This document shows, in pieces, positions 39,645 to 50,845 of a stretch of DNA of 64,000 nucleotides. How positions within the stretch are numbered: position 1 is the first letter of the stretch; each line of letters begins with the position of its first letter. The stretch comes from Hydrolagus affinis (taxonomy: Eukaryota). Where the stretch lies: assembly GCA_012026655.1 (NCBI GenBank), contig JAAILG010000605.1, positions 1 through 64,000 on the forward strand, read 5' to 3'. The position numbers and the translations under genes were made by a program. The notes under the pieces are model-generated. The model searched no databases. It saw nothing but the letters and a program-made list of their open reading frames with translations, and was not told the origin of the DNA.

Positions 39645-42318
39645 GTGAGGTTCTGCCAAATCGAAGCATTTACACTGTCTTAACAATCAGACTTCCTTAT
39701 TGTCTGCAGAATCAGACTTCCTTATTGTTTGTTAATACTGGAGTTATTTCAGTGATGGTTTTACAGCCACTATAGGATTAGCCAATTTCCTCTTTCCAGG
39801 TCAAAGATATCTATAACTAGTCTCTTCCGACTGCTGGCAGCATCCCATCCTCCAAAACTTTCCATAACAGCATTTTATTCCCAAGAATAGTTTCACAACA
39901 ACATAAATTGTAAACAGCCAAGTTGAAGAAAATGGATGGTCAAGGTAGTTTCAAACACCTGAATGTCTACCTCGCTACATTGGTTAAATGCATCATTGGA
40001 AGATGAATTGGGAAGTCTCTGATGTCTACAGAAACAAATAGGTCAGTGAAACGTTTAACTGCCACAGTAGTTGTACAAACAGAATCAGATAAATATGGTC
40101 TAGTATTTATGAAACAGTGCATGTTCTCTGCTCCCCTAACTATACATCTTAGGATACAAAAGTCCATCAGAAACCTATGCATAAAGGACCCACATGCGAC
40201 TTAATGCACATTCAACATGATGCTTTGGTTTTATACAGATTCATTGGATAGCCACCTGTCTTCTTACATATTTTAATAAGCTACGAGTGGGAAAGACATG
40301 ATTCCACTGGGTAACATTAAAACAATCCAAACATTGCCGGCATATACATTGATCCATTACTTATTTGCCACGGTTCAGGCAGTTGACCCTGATAGCAATA
40401 CCCAAGAGCTTCAGTACTGAACAAGTAGATGAGACAGAGAACAATACTGCCTAGTCTGCCTTCTCAAAGGAAGTAAGGATGGAAGAAATCCATTTGGCAT
40501 CAGTCTGACCCAGGGAGTCGAGTACAGCCTTTGGATCCATCAGATAATATTTGTCAAAATGCCAAGTCTCTCCAATGCATACCATATGTATTTCCAGTCA
40601 AACCTTGCCTTTTTTTCCATCCAGGCAGACAGCAATAGAAGCTTGGTTTGTTGCACTTGATAAAGCAAATATGAGTGGTCCAATCCACCCCTTTACAAGG
40701 GCCACCTAATTACAGATATTTGTATTTGGAACAATAGCATCCAAGAAAGCCACAAAAGATTGAGCGTCATGTAGAAATTCATATTTGCAACTTCCAGAAG
40801 ATTTTTATTCTTTCATCTAAGGTGATGACAAAGCAGCAGTGTACTAAAATAGCTCAATTAACCTCAAACCACTCTTAATCACTGCATTAAATTAACTTGA
40901 GTTTAAAATTTATGAGCAGAGACAAATATGCTCTCTGGCCATGTGTAAACCATCCAGATGTCACATCTCTGCTGATTCCTTCAAGATTTGTTCTCACATT
41001 TGCTGCCCTTACTCATATCACAACAACAACAAAATTATATTTGTATAGCGCCTTTCACATCAGGAAGACTTCCCCTCAGTAAAACAGTACTGCCAACTGG
41101 ATACAAGGTTGATTTGTGGTCCAAAGCCATCGGAAGATAAACCAATTACCATCCAATTTGTTTTGTTAAAAACCCCAAATCAATCAGAAACACATTAATG
41201 TTACAAGAGATTTGAAATATTCCAATATTCCATCTGTTTAAATATAATAAATGAACCTGTTAAAATACATACCACCATACGGTTACAGCAATTCCTTTGA
41301 GACATCCTCCCGATATGCTATATCAAATGCAAGGATTTTATTAAATTTGTGTCTCACCTCCATACTGGACCTCACTCAATGGGGTGCCTCATTGTATATG
41401 ATTCTGTGGTTTGGGGTGTTTCAGTACACAGGCATGTTGGGTTAGAAATGGAAAAGCTTAAACTGCAAAGTCAGTAAACATTATAATGTCGGACGAACAT
41501 TCCTATGGAAAAGGAATCCAGTTTGATCAAATTCAAGAAACAGCTGTCTTTCTTCAAGGTTCCCCCGTGCCGTCAGTAGCAGTTGAAACAATTACCGGAT
41601 TAGCCATTCTCACAAACATTGCTTCCCTGCTCCCTTTGATTAACTGGTGCTCATTTATAGGCTGGTAGATTAGTTCACAATTCAAAACAAATAGATGAAA
41701 TACAGAACCTCAATGATGTAAAAGGACGTTAAGCTACTGATCACACAAGGCCTACTCCCGGAGAGTAGCTGCAAAAGCATTAACCATTTGAACTCTGAAT
41801 TTCCCCATCTACACTAATGTAATACATCCCACGATTCACAACTGAATTTTATTCTACAATGAGTTTGCCAGGACGACTGGAGCTATATTTCTGCCTCTCT
41901 GAGCAGGTGTGATATTACTATTAACACTTCATCCCTTCTCCTCCAAGAAAAGTACCTATTTGTTTGGTTCAAACAACACATTGTCTAAAGCACCATTCTG
42001 CAAATGAAAGCCTGCGAGGTGAGCAACCTCATGCTGTTTGACCATCGAGGGAGGAATGGTTGAATAGATCACATCAAACAGGCATAGCCTGAAATCCATA
42101 CACATGGACTTGTGGTAGAAATCACCATTTAGCAATTATGAATGGAAACCCAAGCCAATGTTTTCACTCCCAAGATAGGGGGTCCTTAAGTCATCTATTG
42201 ACTCTCTATCACTATTCAAGCTGAGATACGTTTATTCACCACATGTTTCATCTAAAGCAAAATTCACCTGTTCTCCCAGCAATATCACTATTCAGATCTG
42301 AATACAAAGGATCACTAC

Positions 42319-42478
42319 CTGCAATAATTTTGCAAGACTCTTGGATTGGATCAGTTTTCTTGGTTTTGGGCGATCGCTTTGTTCTGGAGAGATGGTGTTC
42401 CTCGCCACTGAATGAAGTCTTCACTTTATTGATAGGTTCTATTGACAGAAGTTCATCTCCAATCTGAATAAATCCAAG
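42319..42478 (-). CDS. ADAMTS17: ADAMTS17 exon 3 (LGFIQIGDELLSIEPINK...FSGEEHHLSRTKRS...CKIIA), 160 nt
   Basis: Acceptor TTCTCTTTGCAG, donor GCAG|GTAGTG. Similar to human VGLIQLGQEQVLIQPLNN..FSGREH. Frame is continuous. Confidence 0.9.
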
Positions 42479-42726
42479 CTGCAAAGAGAAGCAAATCATC
42501 TTAGATGGCCCTTCACAAGGTCAATGAGAATAATTTTCATAGACTTGTCCGTTACACACACATCTGTACGCGCAAATAATTAAGTTTGGTTTGAATAAAA
42601 CACCTAACACTAAACTTGGGATGGCAAAAAACTTCAGTTCCAGAACTTTCCATTCAAAAAAGGTTTTGAATAACTCCTCCAACAGTATAGTGGGTAAAGA
42701 TACTGAATGCACATTAAAGCATGTGT

Positions 42727-43042
42727 AGTCCTGCAGCCAATTGGTTAGAGCACTCGCCTTACAAGCGAGAGACCTGGGTTCAATTCCAGACAGGGTGAAA
42801 CTTTGGGCAACTTTCCTTACTCCACATGCCTAATAATTCCTCCCCCCAAAAATAATAAATTGATCATTTCAATCCTCGAGTGTTTGTGGGACGCTGCTGT
42901 GCGCAATTGGCTGCCACGTTTCGCCCAAATATACACAGTCAATTCGCTTCACAGCATATTCTGTGAAACGCTTTAAGAAAGCTAAAAGACATGAAAAGCG
43001 CCACATCAAAGGCAAGGATTACTATTATTATTATTATTATTA
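42727..43042 (+). mobile_element. Full-length tRNA-derived SINE
   Basis: Box A TGGTTAGAGC, box B GGTTCAATTCC, the same core and an (ATT)n tail. Confidence 0.9.
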
Positions 43043-44270
43043 GCCCTATATAGTTTGGCAAGACCCTGTGGGAGTCTTAAATGATCTCAGTTATTTGGAG
43101 GGTTGCAATTATTTTTAGCTCAAGCCATCAATGGAACAATAATACCTCCAGTGAAAAGGGGGAAGAAACCTTCAAGGGAGGAGAAAAATGACCAGGTGGG
43201 GGGGGTGGGGGGGAGGGGTCCTAATTTATATTCGAACAAGAAGAAGGTTTATTGTAGCTTTTTTTTCCCCCAAAAAAAACTGGAAACCTAACAGTTAAAT
43301 GTTATACCAACCGAACCCAGCCCAGATACGCTTCAAGGCGGCCAAAACAAATGTAATTCACTGCGGTGCTTTTTCTCCTAAACCTATATATATATATATA
43401 TATATATAATGAATCGCGGGCTGTTGCTGCATTAAATGAAGCACTTCCACTAGGCGGAGATCTGCTGGCTGGGCTCAATGGAACCTTTCTCGCAACCAGG
43501 AGACAGAATGGACCACACAAATCACAGCACAGATTGACTTGTGAGGATCAGGGAAGGTTTGGAGAGTTAGCGAAGGTCGGGGGGAGGGGGGGGGGGAGAC
43601 AGCAAACAGCAACATGTTGTGTCCGGTGAGAGAGAATCGGCGTTTCCCATCCAATATTAATTAAAATGTTTGGACCAGTCTCTTGATGTCGAGAAATGAA
43701 ACTCCTGGACAAGGAACTGGCTTCTCCGCCGCTCGCTTCTGTGGCCAGTTGCCGGATGAAACATGCGCCTTCTCTGACATTGGCAATACCGCCGGCGTTG
43801 CAAATATTTACGAACACCCAGAGTGCGCGACCACGTCTCGGTTTATCTATCACACGTTGCATTTGTTTTTCTATTAAAAAAAATTTTTTTTTTGGAAAAA
43901 AAATTCCCCCCAAAAAGTAAATGAGCGTGGGAATGAAAACACAGACGAGGTGGATGAATTCCTCTCTATAACGTGCGGGATTTGATGTGAGCAAGCGGTT
44001 CGGAGGATCGGGAATGCTAGGTTACTCAAACCGGCAGGGCTCCTTTAAGTAAATGAGACATACCGTCTGAGTCCAAATAAGTTAAACACACGAGTGCAAC
44101 ATGGCATCGATCACCGCTACAACTAAATGCAGTTTTACACGCATAAAGTCAGCCTAGCGAGGGGGTGTTGAATATTGTAACCAGATTAACACGGAACACA
44201 CACTGACTGTTAAACCCGCTGACATCTTACTAGATCAACAGTGGGGGTAATAAAACCTAGGTTTAAACTT

Positions 44271-44413
44271 CCCCCCCGCTCACTCACTAACCCACTCACT
44301 CATTAACCCACCGACTCACCCGCTCACTCGCTCACTCCCTCCCTCCCTCACCCACCCACCCACTCACTCGCTCGCTCGCCCACCCACTCACTCACTCACC
44401 CACCCACTCACCC
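44271..44413. repeat. Complex tetranucleotide repeat (CACT/CACC/CTCG/CTCC)
   Basis: Directly visible degenerate 4-mer array. Confidence 0.85.
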
Positions 44414-44555
44414 TCTTGCTGTGATGACTGGGGGTTGTACTCACTTTTAAAAAAAAACATACTTTAAAAAAAAAGCCAAGTCTCAAACTGTCCATGTACA
44501 TGGTCATTCACCCCATTGGGTCACATGAGAACTTGGCTCAGAAGCAGAACATGGT

Positions 44556-44577
44556 GGGGGGGGGGGGGGGGGGGGGG
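44556..44577. repeat. Poly-G homopolymer (G22)
   Basis: Direct count. Confidence 0.95.
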
Positions 44578-45995
44578 TGATCAGGGAGATCAAGGCGAGT
44601 TCTGCCAATGATTCCAGCTGACCTGACTGAGACCCATTCAGTTTGGTTGGCTTCTGCTGCCAACTCAGATGTGAGGTTTTCCTGGTTTTATGCACCTGAT
44701 CCAATGCACCATCGCGGTCACCAATTAGAATTGGCAGCTCATACAATAAATCACAATGCAATGCTTATCCTGCCTCTACATAGATATCTTATATGTCATA
44801 GACACACACACACACACATATTTGTATCTATATATGAAACGCATTAAGACATCTCGAAGACGTGATAAGGCGCTATATCAAACGCAACGATTATATATAT
44901 ATATATATAGTACTGTATACGCGCACACACACACACACACATACAAACACACACAGGCAAATACAACCCAATTTTTTATCTATCCTTCAGACAATAATAG
45001 TTTAGTCACAATCACGATTGGCTATGGATGCCCAAATTGTGATATATTTCCCCCCCAAAAAATTTAAACGGTAAATTTAAAGCCAGCAGGGAGGCTGGGT
45101 GGGAGGTGGGGGGGGGGAGAGGAATCATTTTTTTGGCTCTGGGATACATGTGTATCCGCAAATGCCAAAGTTATTGGCCAGCAAGTGGAATCTAAAACTC
45201 CAGTTACAAAAGACACTTCACTTTTCAAGAGACAAAAAAAAACTGTCTCTCTGGGGAATCTCGGGAAACAGTTTGCCTGAGCGATCCCCACCGTCCCCGC
45301 TAGGATTTGAACCCACTTGTTAAAAGCTCCCACAAAAAATTGTCAACTCAATCCCTCTCACTTCTTGGAAGCCAGTGTACTTACTGCCTGGGCAAAGTCA
45401 GCCCAGCCAGGCTCTCTCTTCAAGCAAGACGCAACAGGATATATTAAGGCGAGATTTTCCTGCTTTAGAAACGTTTAAGGAGAAACGTTCATTGCAACGC
45501 ATTGAAGCGTGTGTCTGTTGCAGGACTGTAGCCCTCTCGGTCATTTTTTTTTTAAAAAAGCTCGAAGTTTGGGGGTATTATTGCATTCGTTACAATCTAG
45601 AATCACACAGACATTCACACACGTTATTATTGACACGGCTTTAATATCGTGTCCCAATGAGGTGGAACGACCGAGGTTGGTTAATCAAAGCACACATTTG
45701 GCAAATGTCCTTCAAAAGGGTGAAACGTCAAGATGCAGAATAAAGACAAAAAGATGCATCTGTGCAACTTCATTCCGAGCAAGCAAAAGCATCCAGCAAC
45801 GTCATGTTTTTAAATATCATTTCAAAAACTATACTTTTCCAGATCCAGAATGGTTGTGTGTGTGTGTCTGTGTGTGTGTGTGTGCGCAGTGTGAAACGTT
45901 TTAATTACTGAAGGGGATTTTTTCCCCCCTCTAGATATATATATAATTAAAAAAGAGAGAGAAACTGCAGCTGTAATAATAAATGTGGTACCAAC

Positions 45996-46423
45996 CAGCC
46001 CATTGCACGTGTTGAGGGATGCGGAGGAGCGGTTCTGGTGGTTGAGGACGTGGCCAGTGTAAAAGCAGGATTCCTGCGGCCGAATCAGACGGGGGACCCT
46101 GTGCTCATGGCCTTGATCTTCCACAGTGAAGCCATCCGACAGGAACCTCAGGTCGCGTCTCAGAGACAAACACAGCTCCCTCCCGAACGCCGGCACCAGC
46201 AGATACATCTGACCGTTCCTGCCGGTGTCTCCCCGAGTCCTGGACTCCTCGACCTCATCCACATCTTCATCCTCAGCATCTCGATCACCTGCCCAGGGAG
46301 ACCGCCTTCCCCGGTGTTGGTGACCCCCCAATCCCCCCTGTCGAGGCAGCTCTTTAAGGAGGTGGACTTCATCTTTATAAACCCTCCTCGGGACAGTCAC
46401 TTCAAACTCCTTTTGTGCGTCAA
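45996..46423 (-). CDS. ADAMTS17: ADAMTS17 exon 2 (prodomain: VDAQKEFEVTVPRRV...LVPAFGRELCLSLRRDLRFLSDGFTVE...CFYTGHVL...SLNTCNGL), 428 nt
   Basis: Part of ORF 45822-46586. Recognisable reprolysin propeptide matching ADAMTS17 (AFGR.L.L.LRRDLRFLS.GF.VE). Acceptor TAG at 46424-46426, donor CTG|GTTGGT. Confidence 0.9.
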
Positions 46424-46918
46424 CTAGTTGTTGTTGTTGTTTTTTGGGGTGGGGAGGGGGGAGAGGAGGGTGAGAGAGAGAGAGAGAGAGAGAAAAAGTG
46501 GGGAGTGTGTGGGTGGGCGGGGGGGGTGGGGGAGAAGGGGGAAATAAAAAAAAGTAACTTAATTTCCGCGTCCGAAAGAAGCACAAGAAAAAATAAAGAC
46601 AACGGTTTACAGTAGTTTCACAAACTGATTATAACAGCGATCACAAAACGACACCCCCCCCCCCTCTCTCTCTACACACACACAGACACATCTAACTTGA
46701 TCACTGACTGAGTCCTTCGAGGTTTCTTAGAAAGTCACGTCCAGTGAAATGGAAACTGTGAAGTGTGCAGCCAAACTCCTGTTCCTCTCAACAAGTTTTT
46801 TTTTGGGAAAACTTTCTTTTCAGTATTTTTTTTGGGGGAAAAAAAATGCTGCTTTTGCTTATGCTTCTGCGCATCATAAAGTCAATCGAATAAGAATAAG
46901 AACAAGAAGCTAAGCTAC

Positions 46919-46991
46919 CTGGAGTGAAATCCCATTGCAAGTACAAGAGACAAACACAGGTTACAAAGTGTGCAACCGAGCTGTCAAACAT
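46919..46991 (-). CDS. ADAMTS17: ADAMTS17 coding exon 1 (signal peptide MFDSSVAHFVTCVCLLYLQWDFTP), 73 nt, phase-1 donor
   Basis: ATG in an AAAAATG context, hydrophobic signal-like peptide, donor CCAG|GTAGCT. The phase matches the exon 2 acceptor. Confidence 0.8.
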
Positions 46992-47189
46992 TTTTGCTCT
47001 GTGTGTATATGTGTGTGTATGTGTGTGTGTGTGCAATCCCCATCAGCCAGAAGAGGAGCAGCAAACCAGATCCCCTTTCTCTTCTCTCTGTCTCTGTGTG
47101 TGTGTGCGTGTCTCTCCCTCTCTCTCTTGCAGGAGGCTCAGTCAGCGACTCCAAACTTGGTGGGAAATGAAGGTGAACGGGCAAAGAGC

Positions 47190-47400
47190 CTAACCTGATA
47201 GCACAGCCCTGCCTTCCTTCCCTCCCTCTCCCTCCCTTCCCCTCTCATTGGTGGCTGATGTATCCATTGGGTCCCCCCCCCCCAAATCCGGACCTGTTAC
47301 CAGCGGCTGCTGTTCCTATTGGCAGCCGCTCAGCTCAGTCAATGAGACCAGATACATTGGGCTCTGGTCATTGGCCGGTGTCTCACACACTTGCACTCAC
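47190..47400 (-). promoter_or_regulatory. Putative ADAMTS17 proximal promoter with five CCAAT boxes
   Basis: ATTGG on + (CCAAT on -) at 47247, 47266, 47318, 47356 and 47370. Purine-rich GGGAGG tract, no TATA seen, 250-380 nt upstream of the ATG. Confidence 0.6.
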
Positions 47401-47600
47401 AAATGCTCGTATTTTTGATGGGAGCCCTTCTTTCACCACCGTCCTCCAGACGCCTCAAAGCACTTCACAGAATAGGGTGTAAAGTGAATAGTTTGTGGGC
47501 GAAACGCGGCAGCCGATTGCGCACAGCGGTGTCCCGCAAAACAAGTCGTGGGTTGAAATGACCAATTTATTATTGTTTTATTCTTCAGGGATTATTATTT
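47400..47600 (-). mobile_element. 5'-truncated SINE immediately upstream of the promoter
   Basis: TCAAAGCACTTCACAGAATA..GGGCGAAACGCGGCAGCCGATTGCGCACAGC..TTGAAATGACCAATTT. Confidence 0.85.
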
Positions 47601-47687
47601 TACATTAAGTAAGTAAACTTGCCATATAATATCAATAATATTAATAACAGTAACAATGCATTTGAACGCAGCCCTTTTCACGTCTAT

Positions 47688-48008
47688 AATAATAATAATA
47701 ATAATCCTTGCATTTGATATAGCGCTTTTCACATCTTCTAGACGTCTCAAAGCGCCTCACAGAATATACTGTAAAGTGAATTGACTGTGTATTTGTGGGC
47801 CAAACGCGGCAGTCAATTGCGCGGCAGTCAGTTCCACAAACAGTCGTAGATTGAAATGACTCAATTTATTATTGGGGGGATTTTTTTCTCTTTGAGGGAT
47901 TATTATCAGTCACGTGGAGTAAGGAAACTCGCCTCAGCTTTCGCGCTCCCCGGAGATCGAACCCAGGTCTCTTGTTTGCAAGTGCTCTAACCACTGAGCT
48001 ACAGAACT
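47688..48008 (-). mobile_element. Full-length tRNA-derived SINE
   Basis: Reverse complement gives AGTTCTGTAGCTCAGTGGTTAGAGCAC..GACCTGGGTTCGATC..core..(ATT)n. Confidence 0.9.
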
Positions 48009-48149
48009 CCAGCTTATTGGTCACTCACAACAACAACAACAACAACAACAAAATTATATTTGGATTGTGCCTTTCAAGTCGGGAGAAGGTCCCAAGGCGC
48101 TGGAGCAGTGAGCAGTGTATGGAAAACTGTAGTGCTTGTAAACGTAAAT

Positions 48150-48395
48150 AACCCTTGTGTTTGATATACTAGCTCATCAAGGTGCTTCACGCAGTTTTCA
48201 GTTAATTTCAGCGACTGTATTTTTTAGGCGAACGCAGCAATTTGCACAGAGCAATCAATGTCCCACAATTAACCATGAAATGAATGGTCACTTTTTTTTC
48301 CCCAAAAAAAACCATCTGGGAGATGTCTGGTCAGGACACCAAGGGAAACAACATTCTCATTTTGAAAAGGATCACATGAGTTTTAATGTCCACAG
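48150..48395 (-). mobile_element. Older SINE fragment with a Deu-domain-like central region
   Basis: Reverse complement TGGACATTAAAACTCATGTGATCCTTTTCAAAATGAG..TTCCCTTGGTGTCCTGACCA..GACCATTCATTTC..TGTGGGAC..GTGCAAATTGCTGCG resembles the DeuSINE (SacSINE1/AmnSINE1) consensus as I recall it. Confidence 0.55.
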
Positions 48396-49035
48396 AATAT
48401 ACTGTAAAGTGAAGTGACTGTATATTTGTGGGTGAAACACGGCGCCAATTGCGCACAACATTGTGCCACAAACAGTTGTGGATTGAAATGACCAATTATT
48501 GTTTTTGTTTGATCATTTAAAATATATTTTATAATATTTGAGAATGTGTTAGTATGGTGCTTTATTCATGCATTGAATGAGAGTGGGAGCAAACCCTGCA
48601 CTGCTTTAAGCACCTTTCTTTACTAATCATACAGACTATTTCCGGAATTCATTGCTCCCATTTCACTTCAATATTGACATTGATGCACATCCTCTTGAGC
48701 ATATTCAAATGCCAAAAAAGATAATAAAATCACATGAATGCGTGGGACTGACATTTGTGTCTGTGGTTATTTGTGACTGTTGAGAGGTGTTTTTACAAAG
48801 CATTGAAGCGCATTGCCTGTATTATAAAGGAAGCCTGTGCAAAGTCTGCCAAAGTAGTGAGGAATGCTCTAAAAATAATAATAACCCTTGCATTTGATAT
48901 AGCTCCTTATCACGTCTTAAAGGCATATCAGAGTGCTTCACAGAATACACTGTAAAGTGAATCGACTGGCGAAATGCGGCAGCCAATTGGACACAGCAGT
49001 GTTGCACAGACAGTCTTGAATTAAGTGACCATGTT
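48390..49035 (-). mobile_element. Two further SINE 3' fragments (48390-48510, 48874-49035)
   Basis: CACAGAATATACTGTAAAGTGA..CCAATTGCGCACA..GATTGAAATGACC, and (TAA)n CCCTTGCATTTGATATAGC. Confidence 0.8.
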
Positions 49036-50707
49036 ATTTATTTAACTCCAGCCGCAGTTTCTGTAGTGGGAAACCATACTGCATTAAAGGTTAAAAAGAC
49101 GCAAACCTAGAAATGGTTTGATGCTGCCATGCACAAACCTTGAAGACTAAATTGCGGGAGTTGGGGGAAACTGAAAGATTGAAAGCATCCTATGAAGGAA
49201 TGTTTCAGAGTTATAAAAAGATATTCCATTTCAATGCAGGGAGGAAGAAGATCTTGTGAAACAATATATTGGAAACACAGGGGGAAACAAGAGTAGGAAT
49301 CATCACAGATAGACAAGCCTATCTTCAACAACTTCTCAGGGAACTACGCCAAAGTGAGCTTTATATAAGGGGGCACCTCTGAGTAAGGGTTTGTTTGTGT
49401 ATGCAGAATTTCTGAATACATTAAAAAAAAAGTGAACATATGAATGTTAATAATTTTTAATAAATACATTAAATATAAAACATAATTACAAATAATAATT
49501 GAATCATAATCACAAGCCTGTACTGTTTCCTAAAGATCCATAATTGGTTTCTGGTAGGCACTTGGTATTTTCTGACTGTGTTTCTCAGAAAGCTTGGCCT
49601 CCGAAACGGTTATCAGCCCAAAGGTACAGGGTGTAGAAGGACTAACAAAGAATGGCCACCGGTTGATTAGACAGGTGGTTGCAGAAAAGAGATGACATAC
49701 TATGGAAAACCTGCCTGGGCTATTCCAGGTGCTTGTTAACAAGGGGTGGTTGCTGAATCGAGGTGGTTTCCACATCAGATTTGACTGCAACATTGATCAA
49801 ATAGAAATACCAAAACATTGGATTGGGGGCAGAGAGCAAAAGGATAGAAAGGAGGACTTTGAATCCTTGATCAATTCACTGGGTGCAAAAAGAATGTACA
49901 GTACACCATCCCACACCTTGAGACCACGACTGCAAACATATACATGCTCCAGCCAAGTTTTCAATGAACTTGTTCTTGCAATACGTCAGTATATCAGACT
50001 GTCTGGAAAACTCATTGCATGATATAAACAGAATTTTTCCACATATTTTAATGGAAAAGGGATTGCATGTTAAAGTTCCCAATCTTATGATTTCACTTTT
50101 ATTTTTGCTTTGTGTATTCTCTGGATTCCACAAAGACAAACTGTCGAATACCTAATGAAAATGTTTAAAGAGGTTTATTGAAATGAACCAGAAGGGACAT
50201 CTTGTCAGTTTTGGCATGGTGATGACACAATGATATAGTTGGCATAATGCAGGCACATTTTGGAGCATTTCCAGGTAGCAGAAATCGTTGCCAATACTGT
50301 CAGGGCAAGCTGATTAAGTTGTCTTTCCATCAATGCAAGGCACATGATGTCTCTTGAGTTCTTGAATCTGAAGATGTAGTGTATCAGTGTAAGTAGATAA
50401 TTGACAGCTGTTGCATGAGTGAAATATCAGAGCTCATGGAATTTAACACTGACCCATTATCACAGGAGTTCAACAATTGGATTAAAACCTGGGAACATAA
50501 ATCATATTCACAGTGAAAGCAAACATTTAGTGTGTTACTAAAGCGAGAGAAATTAAGTTCATTTATATTTAGTTACAATATTAGAAAAATCTTTTGGATG
50601 CACTTAGGCATGATTAAGTAAGTAACTGAAGTAGCAATTATACTTGTAGGATCTTAAAATAATTAGTCAAAACATCTATTGTTCATATTTCTCTTCAGTC
50701 AAAAAAT

Positions 50708-50845
50708 ATCTGACACACACAGAAATCCGTGCTTACAGGTTTCCAAACCAGACAGTGTCCCATTTATACTAGCTACACATGGATATTTCCATGTCTGGAA
50801 ATGGAATGCACTCTCTCTCCCCAAAGGGATGCACCTACTTAATTC
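50708..50845 (+). repeat. Unclassified old interspersed repeat, copy 2
   Basis: Diverged homolog of 3352-3517 in the opposite orientation. Confidence 0.55.

Larger units (their letters stand above)
43385..47110. repeat. Microsatellite cluster around exons 1-2: (TA)n 43385-43408, (CA)n about 44803-44955, (TG)n 45856-45884, (GA)n 46472-46492, (TG)n 47000-47033
   Basis: Directly visible. Confidence 0.9.

Noticed and set aside
39685-39730. 25-bp tandem duplication (also short tandem units at 29200-29270)
   Set aside because: Two copies with no spacers. These are ordinary slippage duplications, not CRISPR-like arrays.
43548-43994. 148-aa ORF and overlapping ORFs in intron 2
   Set aside because: No recognisable domain, the frame crosses poly-A/T runs, and exons 2 and 3 splice in frame without it.
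46038-46427. 129-aa plus-strand ORF antisense to exon 2
   Set aside because: Shadow ORF of a GC-rich coding exon with no independent support.
45822-46586. 254-aa ORF as a single-exon gene
   Set aside because: Only 45996-46423 is coding (exon 2). The flanks translate microsatellite and intron sequence.
4636-46991. Alternative assignment to ADAMTS19
   Set aside because: [30 protein letters not shown], the short N-terminus and CERS3 adjacency all fit ADAMTS17.
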